64,000 nt of DNA from Thermoplasmatota archaeon (GTDB taxonomy: Archaea; Thermoplasmatota; Penumbrarchaeia; Penumbrarchaeales; Penumbrarchaeaceae): contig JBLIRG010000001.1 in the NCBI GenBank assembly GCA_049472195.1, positions 20,522 through 84,521 on the forward strand. The letters run 5' to 3'. How positions within the stretch are numbered: the stretch's first letter is position 1; every line of letters starts with the position of its first letter. Under the pieces are notes generated by a model. That model was given only the letters and a program-made list of their open reading frames with translations. It was not told where the DNA came from and did no database searches. Of this stretch, positions 20,201 to 29,500 are shown piece by piece. The translations under genes and the position numbers were made by a program.

Positions 20201-21861
20201 ATGTATGCGAAGAAACCGATGGATCCAAGGACTATGGGCAGGATGGTCAGAAGCAGGAAATTGTTGACCGCGAAATTATCCCAGCTCTCGTATGTGACCC
20301 CAACGAAACCGAGGAAAACCAGCAGCGCCACGATGGAATAGACGATCGAAAGCCCTTCCGCCTTGAAGAACTTCACGAGCTCCACGATAACCCAGCCGGC
20401 AAGAAGAGCGAAGGCCGGTGTCGCATTGAACGTGAACCTTATGGCCGTCAGCGCCATGTAGATTGCAACACCGGTCCAGATCACGATGAAGATATAATCC
20501 TTCTTGAGATGCTTCGGGATCTGGATGAACGCCATCACCACTCCCGCCAGTCCGAGGAAGAACGTCGCGGGTCCGTATGTGAATACCACCCGGGACAGAT
20601 CAGGGGCCTGCGCCTCGGCTATGGTAGAATAGAGTTTGTTCGTGACGAAGTAACCGCCGCCCGTGAAAAGGAGGTCCGCCGTATCCGGGAATCCGAGCCG
20701 GAGCAGGAAGTATCCGGAAAGAAGGAAGAGTACCAGGGTGGGTATGACTATCAGCCAGGGCATATCCCTGGTGGGAACTATGAAGGCCCCGAGCATTATC
20801 ATGGCCAGCAGTATGTAGAATCCCTGGCTCCAGATCGTGATCGAGAATACGAAATAGTACGGCAGCGACAGAAGCGGAGTTATACCTATCGCTATCAATA
20901 TGATCAGGAACACTCCCAGGGAATCCTCGTTTCGGAACCTCTGGAGAAACAGCTGAACGAGGAAGTAGATCAGAAGAATGGCCATGACGTAGCCGTATCC
21001 CTGCCATGTCAATGCTATTGTCGCTATCGACAGACCGGTCAGTACGGCATATCCCACCGCTTCCTTGTTCTCCGTGAAGAACGACCTGAATCCCAGTATA
21101 ACGGATTCCGGCTTTCTCCAATCCTCGATGTAGTTACGATCCTTCTGCACGGAGAACGACTTGGAGAGGAAGTACATCGCCAGGACCACGAAGAACACGA
21201 TGAACGAATCGTGATCGGTAAATCCCAGGGTCGAACGTTCTATATGTGACGCGGTCAACGCCAGGAAAAATGCCGCCATGATGCCCGCTTTCCTTCCGAA
21301 AGCCTCCTTTCCGAGCAGGTACATCGGGAAGATCGTGAGAGCTCCCCAGAAGGTCGGCGCGAACTGGAACACGTACCATGTGGACGCATCCACGTTGAAC
21401 CCGAAAAAGGGAGACAGTACCAATCCGACGATCGCGATGGACCAGTCGAAGATCGGCGGCCTGGGATTACCCCCCCCGATGGGGTAGTTCAGCAGAGGAT
21501 CGATTATGGGATGACGGCCTTCGCTCTGGACGAAATCGATAACCCTCTTGTGATACGAAGGATCGTTACCAACGATGCGGGGAGGCCATGTGTCGAAGGA
21601 GATCTGATAGTAAAAATAGGATCTGATCAGGAAAGCGAGTATGAAAATGCCGATGAGGATGAAAATGAGGTTCTGGTTCTGCTTGAACCAGGCGGAAAGA
21701 CCGCCCTTCTTCTCCTTCACAACCTTCTCCGGTTTTTTCTGTTCCGTCTCCTGTACAATCTCCCCCTGCACCTGGGCATCGGCCTTCGGCTTGGCCTTCA
21801 CGGCCTGTTTTCCCTTGGTTTTCGGTGCTTTTGTCCTTGAGGATCTCGACCTGCGAGCCAT
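14290..21861 (-). CDS. aglB: Archaeal oligosaccharyltransferase AglB (STT3 family) fused to a very long C-terminal beta-sandwich repeat array
   Basis: The N-terminal half is a multi-TM STT3 core with the WWDYG motif (FMSWWDYGFDEL). The C-terminal ~1,700 aa consists of repeated carboxypeptidase-regulatory-like/Ig-like segments (recurring VSGTVYWDLNEDG and SGAVYYDANGD motifs) and ends in a TM helix. Start set at the second Met (MARRSRSS), preceded by GGTGGA. The maximal ORF runs to 21912. Confidence 0.85.
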   Translation of the reverse strand: MARRSRSSRTKAPKTKGKQAVKAKPKADAQVQGEIVQETEQKKPEKVVKEKKGGLSAWFKQNQNLIFILIGIFILAFLIRSYFYYQISFDTWPPRIVGNDPSYHKRVIDFVQSEGRHPIIDPLLNYPIGGGNPRPPIFDWSIAIVGLVLSPFFGFNVDASTWYVFQFAPTFWGALTIFPMYLLGKEAFGRKAGIMAAFFLALTASHIERSTLGFTDHDSFIVFFVVLAMYFLSKSFSVQKDRNYIEDWRKPESVILGFRSFFTENKEAVGYAVLTGLSIATIALTWQGYGYVMAILLIYFLVQLFLQRFRNEDSLGVFLIILIAIGITPLLSLPYYFVFSITIWSQGFYILLAMIMLGAFIVPTRDMPWLIVIPTLVLFLLSGYFLLRLGFPDTADLLFTGGGYFVTNKLYSTIAEAQAPDLSRVVFTYGPATFFLGLAGVVMAFIQIPKHLKKDYIFIVIWTGVAIYMALTAIRFTFNATPAFALLAGWVIVELVKFFKAEGLSIVYSIVALLVFLGFVGVTYESWDNFAVNNFLLLTILPIVLGSIGFFAYMKYRKHRENFKFRTILTALSVGFIVIFPNVLFAVDASIPYESKSDIDPDLEIFGSFGSSLHSEYWMDSYIWLSQQDTMIDGEYVEPEERPGFMSWWDYGFDELLLGKHPTAADNFQNGYQFTGSVIAAQNETEVISLMTARIIEGDFIENKRDFSDGMWDILREHLGDDDNSSLSAMELYRIYRNPAKYKTKVEGNPGYYGNYLELTTPNILYAAAKGVIMKLGKEGVVELYNDVTLHTEKSLRYFAVDYRLFPFSSSNTGIFYAPIKLADRDIDDYLEYRVYAQENTQGSNDNPVWTDYPDNPISMEKAEQEAERLGYKFRIREYDMYYTDAFYNSMFYKTYIGYSPEDVGQVSDGKSIPGMMGTSANLPPMQGWNMTHWMLAYRTMYYSEKDEANSTFPDDYTPLSSKKALDLYYDQGGDVKSGLGQGVFYLKYYHGAKVSGRVMTNRGQGAPGVRVTVLDEYGIAHGNVLTDINGRYEVIAPPGRTSILVTGGELSNEYDYLYQFQIDQSTSQPVVNLNSTQLEISDDLAMWRIDDGKIEQDFIIGGKTISGTVYWDLNEDGSFTSEDEPIKQGEITFVMNDYEDVVYGPTDIDEDGKYRISDLVPGKYTVIYTHENVEEELISNLNIDPSTDTARDLKMLDSGINGQILYNDGIPVRDSSVLLISSEGNVERTLTDPAGNYSFSQIYPGVYDVIVEQYDSYHFPVSTAISNGLYETVNITLYPVATLDMEVTSRGNNGGPASGALVRINDKLNASRVWTFTLDDDGKLLQNLPASLYDLHVVSKERDQTYTALAILDMSWLSVSDITVDLKSALRVNGTLTKLSDTPMVDTELSFQMSNSEITAHAYTNNNGEYEIYLPRGSNYRVIVDNKTEIGNVSYFHIQELEYKDKTGSVQLDIWADSTIVVRGKVYWDKDGNEIFTSSRDLQEMGDPKDLAAEFALANITVAFHHQNGTLAFKTIEEGMYEALLLPGKYSMEIDEPGFDLYKKEIIIEDSVANRNFGINGTDAPLVPHERDFELNISYQMIGTETRTMVPLANTDVLFIPAESYMEGNELTFTTDSEGKIRASLIPVEYTVVVDERYEDNGLEHKLYGNDLLFLDPSDKLLLKDTVMNHTVVFEGTMAFTQDSLLRYPDDASVLFNPVYGVGETLESTLTDENGRFQVELPAGYYILESHHERAGQNYLYLDTITIGPESGIERYMLKPAFLVDGTFTNPFNGIKNARLQFSSEDVWTSTVPDSSGDFQIFMFEGEYRIVMFFETAESIMGEDVPVIYYHNSSVVVEGPVFGLELELNKEVLVSGAVYYDANGDRTIEPTEKQALVLITFTPEDENLDPVTVSSDYGGDYEAMVPFAPLTITVETEQFKMEPKEGYGFLNLPVTNEILWDISLDPLEIEVSGTMFMDENDNDEYDDGDRTVKGLELTFSSEDHVDTVVTGDGGAFSIGLPPGVYDVSGFKYTALKPVYGYLGEINIDLGDNMTGLEWEAVGAGRYSGTAYLTDTDGIFHGDINSDETLTFQIDDGASIETEIRGGTFTVNLPHYTYTVSSSIARREYNIEMTYDYRRALTIDEDTVPADLSLEFEKSKTYTFTMELMREHEHELQMVPGQTVRIPYYIQNAGNEPIVVTNEVSEKPDGWTVDIPGGSEIEVGIGERIDNLFVNITAPSDPDWDNVVKFEAKTTEETTANFQISIVTPPSYGFELNFDADDLIGMDFDESYTFNLTVQNIGNGEDVVNVMMDPLPGTTDRWRIEWEGSEEFPEYGENASLTPRGQRRYAVTVHSPTETQSFVGDSLRLTFSGTNRIGDSETAGITLRLAEPNLILPQGYLKLTNRKLTDPILNRTVEANITVGSQNRAASLVNVTLLVDGKRVADGIIPSIPQDGYGSTRLIFNITEFNLTEDDFHTFEVIVDPFNNIKESNENDNYGYWDNVVIGEYENEREINWRIVIFVVTIILITVGIIAYKQRTEPI

Positions 21862-22012
21862 CTGAATCCACCTGCATGAGGCATGCGGCCTCAAAATCCC
21901 GTCCAGAAACATACTGGATAGGGAGATACCACATGCTATTGAAGTGCCTCAATACCCTTCTTATACTTATTGGTTTTTATTATTACCATTACACATATGG
22001 CTTACGGATCAA

Positions 22013-22504
22013 CTACTCCCGGTCCGATCCTTTCTTTCCCCCGAGGATAACCGGAGCCGCGAACAGTATGGAAAGCGACATTAGAACGAACACCTGAACG
22101 ATCAGATCCGAGTTCAGATATACCCCTACCCGCGATATCCTGACGATGATGAAGAGGGATATGATGAAACCTGAGATCAGACCGGCCGTAACCATAATGG
22201 GTCCGGGCGACAACTTCTCCAACCTGTACGGCTTTCCGGACAGAATAAGCTCCATCATGATGAGCGAGGGTATGATTATCCCGAGGGTATAGACTGCCAG
22301 CTGATACATGTCGTTGAAGGATACCTCTATCCGCCCGAGGGTTATCAATCCGAACAGAAGGAATCCCACGAGACCTATCCATTTCTGTCGGGTGAGAAAG
22401 CAGACCGATACCAGGAGCAGGGGGAGCACCCAGAGAGGATTTAGGTCCGGACCGAGAATGAGAGCAACCAGAGCGAGGTACAGGACGAGCAGATGCCTGA
22501 TCAT
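22013..22504 (-). CDS. Small polytopic membrane protein, hypothetical
   Basis: 163 aa with four or five hydrophobic helices. It shares 4 nt of stop/start overlap with the upstream DUF58 gene, suggesting an operon. Confidence 0.5.
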   Translation of the reverse strand: MIRHLLVLYLALVALILGPDLNPLWVLPLLLVSVCFLTRQKWIGLVGFLLFGLITLGRIEVSFNDMYQLAVYTLGIIIPSLIMMELILSGKPYRLEKLSPGPIMVTAGLISGFIISLFIIVRISRVGVYLNSDLIVQVFVLMSLSILFAAPVILGGKKGSDRE

Positions 22505-23922
22505 TGGCTCATCCTCCTCAGGGTGGAGACCAGACGGTCGCCCCGTTCTCCGACGGACATCTCGATCACCCTGATCCCGTTCGAGCGCAGACCATTGAGA
22601 TATAACTGTTTTGCATTCAGATCCTCGTACATTTCCTCGAACGTCAGGAGATCTATATCACCGGTTGAAACGTGATAGGGCCATGAGAACGGGGATATGA
22701 CAATGACGCGATTGTTCTGCATCTTGGCCAGCGCGAGGGCCTTGGTGACGGCGGTGTTGTTAGTTTCCAGATCGGATATCACCACAAGAAGGAAACCGGT
22801 TCCCTCATCGCTCTTGATACATCTGACGGCCTCGAACACGCCTGTCGTCCTCTCTGACGAATACGATCCTCTTCTGCCCTTGACCAGAAACGGCCCGATG
22901 TTATCCATGAACTTTCCGACCGCTTTCCCTTCCCCGACGGGAACGGTCTCCGGCATTCCGGGGTACCCTCCGGTCCGGGTCGGATTGGGGAGCTGAAACA
23001 GCCCCAGAAGTACCTCGTCGAGGGAGGTTCCGACCGGATGGATCTCCCTGATCACCCTGTGCTCGTCGAACGCTATCAATCCGACGGGATGCCCCTGGAC
23101 CTTGAGCAGGGTCGCCACCTGAAGACCGATCGAAATGGCATGATCCAGCTTGGACCTCCTTCCGACCAGCTCCCTCATCGACAAGGATGAATCCATCAAT
23201 ATTATCGTGGGAAGCCGGGTCTCCAGATCGTATTCCTTGGTCATCAGCCTGGTTAGCCTGGATGCCGCTTTCCAGTCAATATCCCTGAACCTGTCCCCCG
23301 GTATGTATTCCCTTATTGACTTGAACTCCGTCCTGGTCGTTCTGGTATGCCTCTTATGGGCCAGGCCGGTTATTTCGAACTGTTTTCTCTTCGCCATGAG
23401 CCTCGCCATGGATATCTCCTGTTTTGAGGCCTGAACGAACAGATGAAGCCCGTCATCGTATTCCATATTCCTCCTGAACAGTCCCCGGCTGTCCGTGAGA
23501 ACTACCTCAAGGGGATTCAACTTATGATACCCCCGATCAAGCGGTACTATCGTGTAGTTGATGGTGACGGGTTTCTCGGGGAATAAGATCCCATCATGTC
23601 CCGTCTCACCCTGGACGAGTCGGAACCTCGATGGGATCCTCTCCGTAAACCGAATGCCGAGCGTCTCGCTTGCCGATACCTGTATCCTCACCGTCAGGGG
23701 AGAGCTCTTGTGTATTATCCGGTCCATCGGTTCCCGTTCGAAAACGAGCTCAATTCTGGATATCTTCTTTCGGTATTCCATGAGGTTGTAGGCCAGGTAG
23801 AAGAGGACAGCCGAACCGGCCGCGGCAACGAAAAGGTTCTCGAACAGGAAGGCGTAAACGTAGAATATCACAATTATCAGGATCATTGATTTCGATACCC
23901 TGGTGAAGGTTATCTCCATCAA
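22501..23922 (-). CDS. DUF58-domain (vWA-like) protein
   Basis: 473 aa. An N-terminal TM pair is followed by the DUF58 core (...DIDWKAASRLTRLMTKEYDLE...ILMDSSLSM). 4-nt overlaps with both neighbouring genes. Confidence 0.65.
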   Translation of the reverse strand: MMEITFTRVSKSMILIIVIFYVYAFLFENLFVAAAGSAVLFYLAYNLMEYRKKISRIELVFEREPMDRIIHKSSPLTVRIQVSASETLGIRFTERIPSRFRLVQGETGHDGILFPEKPVTINYTIVPLDRGYHKLNPLEVVLTDSRGLFRRNMEYDDGLHLFVQASKQEISMARLMAKRKQFEITGLAHKRHTRTTRTEFKSIREYIPGDRFRDIDWKAASRLTRLMTKEYDLETRLPTIILMDSSLSMRELVGRRSKLDHAISIGLQVATLLKVQGHPVGLIAFDEHRVIREIHPVGTSLDEVLLGLFQLPNPTRTGGYPGMPETVPVGEGKAVGKFMDNIGPFLVKGRRGSYSSERTTGVFEAVRCIKSDEGTGFLLVVISDLETNNTAVTKALALAKMQNNRVIVISPFSWPYHVSTGDIDLLTFEEMYEDLNAKQLYLNGLRSNGIRVIEMSVGERGDRLVSTLRRMSQ

Positions 23923-25427
23923 TCCCCCTCCCCGGACACATATACGGTATGAATCCCGACACCGGAAGGAGAGATCACTGTAACCGTGAGATAATGATCT
24001 CCCCGGGGAAATCTTAAAAGCAGGGGATGGTAGACCTCGGTTGCATTGACCCGCACGCTGAAGGCGACCCCGGACGATTCCGTCAGGTTTGCTCCGGGGA
24101 GAATGATCGGATCAGGTCCCGATCCCATTTCCAGCATGATCAGATCCGGGTAAACGGGATTCTGCGAGATGTTCAGCCTCACAGTAACGTCCATGTCCCT
24201 CTCCGCAGACCTGTGGTAATTCACCGATATTTCCCTGTAACCCCCGCCAAAAGGGGACAGAAGATTCGAGGGATCGCCGTCAAATCCCGTGAGGAAGGAA
24301 AGATCGCCGGAGGACCCCACCGATTCGAGGGATGCCTCGTCGAACACTCTCACCCATATATGAATTCCCTGATATTCCTCTCCGTCCACGAAGAGGTAGA
24401 ACCTCAATCTGTGGAGGCCGATCTCCATTATGGTGAAATTGACATCCATCTCGACATTTTCACCGTCCCTGACGGAGATCTCCATCGAAGGGTTCCTATC
24501 GGGTTCCACAAGAATGTGATCGAACGATCCCACGGATTCGTTCTCTGCCCCATCCCTGATCATGCCCACCAGGGTGTAGTTCATCATCCTGTGCTCGTGA
24601 TTCTCGATCCCGATGTACACGAGCTGTTCGCTTCCCGCATGGATCAAACTGGGATACTCTTCGGCCTTCCCGGATTCGCCCAGGATGTAGAACTCGGTGA
24701 AGGATTCACCCTCCCTTGGAACCACAACGATGTAAACCAGCAGTGATACGGAGATGATCATCATGATCACGATACCGACGGTGAGCGCCTTGTCCGCTCC
24801 GGTTTGATCCTCGGCCGTAGACAGATCGATGACGATCCCGAACCTCTTCTCGACGGGCACCATGTACCTTCTCCGGACCGCAACTCCGCCGGTTATCACG
24901 ACGAACAGGAACATGGATCCGAATATCGGCACTAGTCTGAGGCCCAGGTTGTCCGGGTCCCAGTCGTATGTGAAATTGAGGATCAGTCCGATCAGGGAGG
25001 ATATCGCTATCGATAGGCCCAGGGACAGAGCCGCTCTCTCGAGGCCGTCAAGGCCCTTGGTTTTCACCCTCTCCTCATCCCGGTCGTCCTCCCCGGTATT
25101 TTTCTCCCGATACCTCTCCTCCCTTCTTTTCCTACGGGCTTTTCTCCTTTCGTATTTCGTCTGCTTCCTGCCGCTTTCCCCCGATATACCGCCGATTTCC
25201 GGCTCATTTTCGTCTGACGTATTCCTGCCCACGGTCAGGATCGTCTGTTTCTCCGGATAAAGAGCAGAGATCAGCACGTACCCGGGGAAGAAGAGGATGA
25301 ACGGAAGGCCCAGAATGACCCGGAGAAACGTGATCTTCGGCGTAAAAAGGAGTACCAGCATAAGAATGATTGATACGCCCATAACAGCGTAGAGATCGTA
25401 CGGCCTTTCCCTGATCTCGACTCTCAT
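23919..25427 (-). CDS. DUF1616-family archaeal membrane protein
   Basis: The N-terminus DLYAVMGVSIILMLVLLFT...LGLPFILFFPGYVLISALYP matches the DUF1616 signature. It contains a highly basic and acidic cytoplasmic loop (KYERRKARRKRREERYREK) and a large extracytoplasmic C-terminal domain. Confidence 0.65.
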   Translation of the reverse strand: MRVEIRERPYDLYAVMGVSIILMLVLLFTPKITFLRVILGLPFILFFPGYVLISALYPEKQTILTVGRNTSDENEPEIGGISGESGRKQTKYERRKARRKRREERYREKNTGEDDRDEERVKTKGLDGLERAALSLGLSIAISSLIGLILNFTYDWDPDNLGLRLVPIFGSMFLFVVITGGVAVRRRYMVPVEKRFGIVIDLSTAEDQTGADKALTVGIVIMMIISVSLLVYIVVVPREGESFTEFYILGESGKAEEYPSLIHAGSEQLVYIGIENHEHRMMNYTLVGMIRDGAENESVGSFDHILVEPDRNPSMEISVRDGENVEMDVNFTIMEIGLHRLRFYLFVDGEEYQGIHIWVRVFDEASLESVGSSGDLSFLTGFDGDPSNLLSPFGGGYREISVNYHRSAERDMDVTVRLNISQNPVYPDLIMLEMGSGPDPIILPGANLTESSGVAFSVRVNATEVYHPLLLRFPRGDHYLTVTVISPSGVGIHTVYVSGEGD

Positions 25428-25503
25428 CCGCCATGTTAGACATATCTACTAATAAAGCATTTTTGCACTGGTCAAATCCCGGATCCACTCCGTGATGTGG
25501 ATT

Positions 25504-26469
25504 TTATACGGGTGTCTCCTCCTCCTTCTGGGGCTTGAATCCGAGCCCGTAAACCTCGTGCAGATCGGCAATTACCATGAAAGCGTCGGGATCCTCTTCC
25601 ACAACGATCTGCCGGACATGGTAGATGGAACGCCTGGTGACCACGCAGAAAAGCACCTCCCTGTCCCTCATCGAATATCCCCCCTTTCCGTGAAGGATGG
25701 TAACCCCGCGGTTGATCTCCTTCAGAATCCTGCGATTGACGTCCTCCCACCTGTAGGAGATGATGTAGAGCCCTTTTGTATTTCCCATCCCTTCCACCAA
25801 GACATCGACGGTCTTCGAGGATATGAAAAGGGCAACGAAACCGATCAATGCGTATCCAACGTTGCCAAAGAATATCGATGCGGTCGCGATGACGAGAAAA
25901 TCGAATAGGAGGAAGGCCTGACCGGCGGTCATGATCCTGTACTTCACCGCTATCTGTGCTATTATATCACTTCCCCCCGTGGAACCCTGTGCTCTGAAAA
26001 CCAATCCAAGGCCCAGGCCGATCATGACGCCCCCGAAGATCCCCGCCAGAAGAGGATCGAGATCCTTGAGGACGTTTACTCCGGAGGGATCGGATAGAAG
26101 ATACGGGTGCGTGTCGAGGACAATACCGTAGAGGACCCGGTCGAGAAGATCAACTGCGACGGAAAACAGAACGAAACCGTATAGGGTCCTTATACCGAAC
26201 CTCTTTCCGAGAAGCTTGATTCCCAACACGAAAAGAGGGATGTTCAGCACAAGCATTGTCAATCCCAGGGGTACCCCGATAACCCTCCGAAGCACTATGG
26301 AGATCCCGGATATCCCTCCCGCCGAAACCTTGTACGGATCGAGGAACCAGATCATTCCAAGCGCCATGATGATGATCCCCAGGGTTATCAAGGCATAATC
26401 TTTCACAACCCTGCGGATGATATGCGGCCTGGCTTCGGACCTTCGTATTGCCTCGTTCTCACGGACCAA
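25504..26469 (-). CDS. YitT-family membrane protein (DUF161/DUF2179)
   Basis: 321 aa. A polytopic N-terminal domain is followed by a C-terminal DUF2179-like soluble domain (YRWEDVNRRILKEINRGVTILHGKGGY). Confidence 0.65.
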   Translation of the reverse strand: MVRENEAIRRSEARPHIIRRVVKDYALITLGIIIMALGMIWFLDPYKVSAGGISGISIVLRRVIGVPLGLTMLVLNIPLFVLGIKLLGKRFGIRTLYGFVLFSVAVDLLDRVLYGIVLDTHPYLLSDPSGVNVLKDLDPLLAGIFGGVMIGLGLGLVFRAQGSTGGSDIIAQIAVKYRIMTAGQAFLLFDFLVIATASIFFGNVGYALIGFVALFISSKTVDVLVEGMGNTKGLYIISYRWEDVNRRILKEINRGVTILHGKGGYSMRDREVLFCVVTRRSIYHVRQIVVEEDPDAFMVIADLHEVYGLGFKPQKEEETPV

Positions 26470-26534
26470 GGATATAACCCCGAGGTGAGGGTGGAATCCC
26501 GCCGTTTATATGAACCTTTCCGAAGGTCTGCCTG

Positions 26535-29500
26535 TCACTCCAGATCCTCAAGCTCCTCGAGTTCCTCCAGTTCCTCCATATCTTCCTGATCCTCGTCGAA
26601 CTCGACATCTTCCCATTCCGGAACCGGAGGTTCGACCGATCCCTCATCTGCCGGTTCGTTATCCGATTCCCCATCTTCGTAATAATCTTCATCGGAATCA
26701 TCCCCCCAGACGGGAATATCCACCTCAGCATCCTCCTGTCCGGGAATCGGAGGCGGCGGTTTCAGCATCTCATCCTCATCCTCCGAGATCTGCTGCCCCA
26801 CGAACACGCCTTCGGCCTCCATCTCGAGTATCCTCTTCCTCTCGGATTCCCACGGCGTTCCGATGTCCTTCCTGCCGGAGCCCCGGAGTTCCAGGGTTTC
26901 ATGATCCCCCTTCCCGTGATCGATGGACCTGCCGTCGCTCCTGAGCCTGTGCCTCGATACCTCGGGAGCCCCCTTCTCCTTGATCTTCACGGGCCTGATA
27001 TACCCGGTCCCGTCGACCCTATCCTCGACATCCGACTCTTTGGGAGGAGGGAGGTTTGAAACGGCCGCACCCGATGTGGGAGGAAGGTTCCTTGCCATCT
27101 TGGCCAGTGAAAGCTGCGGGGCCTCGGCATCTTCAATTATCATCTGCTCCCTGCCCTCATCCGCGTTCCTCTTCCTGATCATCATGAATGCCAGGATCAA
27201 CAGGCCCAAAAGGAAGATTGCCATACCGGCTGCCACGGCGACTATCCAGCCAAAACCTCCTCCTCCGCCTCCTCCGTTATCAGTGATCTCTTCCTCGACC
27301 TCGAAGGTCCAGAGGGCCTCACCGGAATTGCCGGCTTCATCGTAGGCCCTGATCAGGATCGCGTGGCTTCCGGGCATCAGCACTCCGGTCGAGTAGGTGT
27401 TTCCGCTATCCAGTATGACCGGATCCTCTCCATCGACTACGATCTCGATCCTCTGGATATCGGAGCCGGTGCCATCGGCCAGCCAGTAGACGACTCCCTT
27501 CCCGTTCAAAACAGTGGTCTCCTCAGATATTGTGATGTTGGGAGGTGTTGTGTCCACGATCAGGGGATATTCGCTCTCAATCGTTTCCCTGTGCCCCGCG
27601 AGGTCCACACATGTCAGTGCGAGATCATATCTTCCGTCCTCCAGGGAAATGTTGATATGATCATCCGAGATCGGAACCGGAAAGATCCTGCCGTCGACCG
27701 ATAGGTTTAACTCCCGTATGCCGGCCTCCTCGATGATCATGAAGCTGATGTTTACCCAATTGTTCGGCGAAACATAACCGGGGCCCAGACCCCATAACAA
27801 TGCAGGGGGGGTGGAATCGATCAGGAATATCGACGTTGCCTGGACCATGTTTCCCGCCCTGTCCACGGCGGTCAGAACCGCGGTGTGGTATGAGTCCCGT
27901 GAAAATGTCTCGGTATAACGGTCCGTTTCGAGGAGGTCAACCTCATCACGATCGTCAACAGTCAATGTCAGCATTTCGATCTCATCATCATCCGCGGCCT
28001 TCCAGTAGAAGCTGATCCGGGGATCCTTGAATATGGACCCGTTCTTCGGAGTCAGAAGCTCTATGACCGGGTCCGTGTAATCCATCGTGATCTCTATTCG
28101 GTTCTCTCCCATATTACCCGCCCTGTCCGTGGCAACGACCGATATCGTATGGGTTCCCTCTTCGAGGGATACCCGATATTCCGTTGATTCTCCAAGATCT
28201 ATCGGCTCCTCCTCGTCAATCATTATGGAATATGACGATACGCCCCAGTCATCGAGACCGGCCCATTTAATGAGCAGATCCCTCTCGTTGCTCGGTTTAC
28301 CCTGTTCCGGTTCGAGGAAGACGATGGAGGGTGTGGTATCGTCCTTAACGACGGTTATTATGGACTCAATGTAGTTCTCAAACTCATCCACCAGCCTCAG
28401 GGCTATATCGAAATCGCCATTGTAGGGCAGGTACACAAGACCGTCCGGCAGCTCGTTAACCGGTTGAAAATCAGAGGAAGCCCCTATCCTGACGATGGCT
28501 TCGGAATAGGAGAATGTCCCGTTGTATTCCCATATGAACGGGATCGAGGACAGTGAAGTATACTGGCCGTCATAAGGCGACAATATGTTCAGGCCGTTAG
28601 GTCCTCCTACCGTGAAGCGTACCGAGATTTCCGCGATGAGGCCGGCCATGTCCACTGCTTTGGCGTAAAAAATATGCCCGCCAGTCTTCAGGAACCTGCT
28701 GGAGGTCGTATATTGAAGGGCATCCTCCCACTCGCCGTCGTCTATCTTGATCATCATTCCCGAGAGCTTGACGTTGTCGGTGGCTTCAAAATTGAAGCTG
28801 ACGATGGGATTTGACAGCACGGATCCGGGCTGGGGCGATAGCACGGTTATTACCGGCGGCGTCCTGTCGGCGTAGAAACCCACGGTCTTCTCGAGTGATA
28901 GATTTTGATCATCCGTGACAGACACCGTAATTTCATGATAACCCTCGTCAACAGATTCCTCGTAGACCCTCTGGACCGTGTTCAAATAGTAAATTGTATC
29001 ATCGATCCGAAGCGACTGATTCGTCACGGGGAATCCTGTCCTTACCGACCACATTATCCTCATTGGATCGTCATCGTAATATTCGTTTTCAACAGGTGTT
29101 TCGATACTCAAGACCTCGACCGTTGTGTTCAGGGTTATCATTCTCTCGTTGAATACGTAGAGGCCGGCCCGATCGAAAACTGTAAGGTTGATCAGATGAT
29201 CCCCCTCGGCAAGGAAAACCGACCGCTCCGTCAGATCGGTAATTTCCTCCGCTTCACTCTTGTCAACGGCCAGATATACTTTTCCGACACCAGACAGATC
29301 ATCCCTGGCATCCCACTTGAGCCGGATATACGACTTCTCGGAATAACCCCCCCGTGGAACGGTCAGGCTGATGGATGGGCGTCCCGTGTCAAAATAGGGA
29401 TTAGTGTATGGCAGGTAATCCGTACCCGAGTTGGGAAATGTGTACTCTACGTCGACTATCCCGTTCACATCGGTATCCGGAGTTCTGTGGTTCGCCCAGA

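Noticed and set aside
14860-21249. Several 150-350-aa plus-strand ORFs (14860-15921, 20185-21249 and others)
   Set aside because: All are embedded antisense within aglB, whose frame carries the STT3 WWDYG motif. Their amino-acid composition is atypical.
24027-24746. 239-aa plus-strand ORF
   Set aside because: It is antisense to the DUF1616 gene, which has a clear family signature and operon overlaps.
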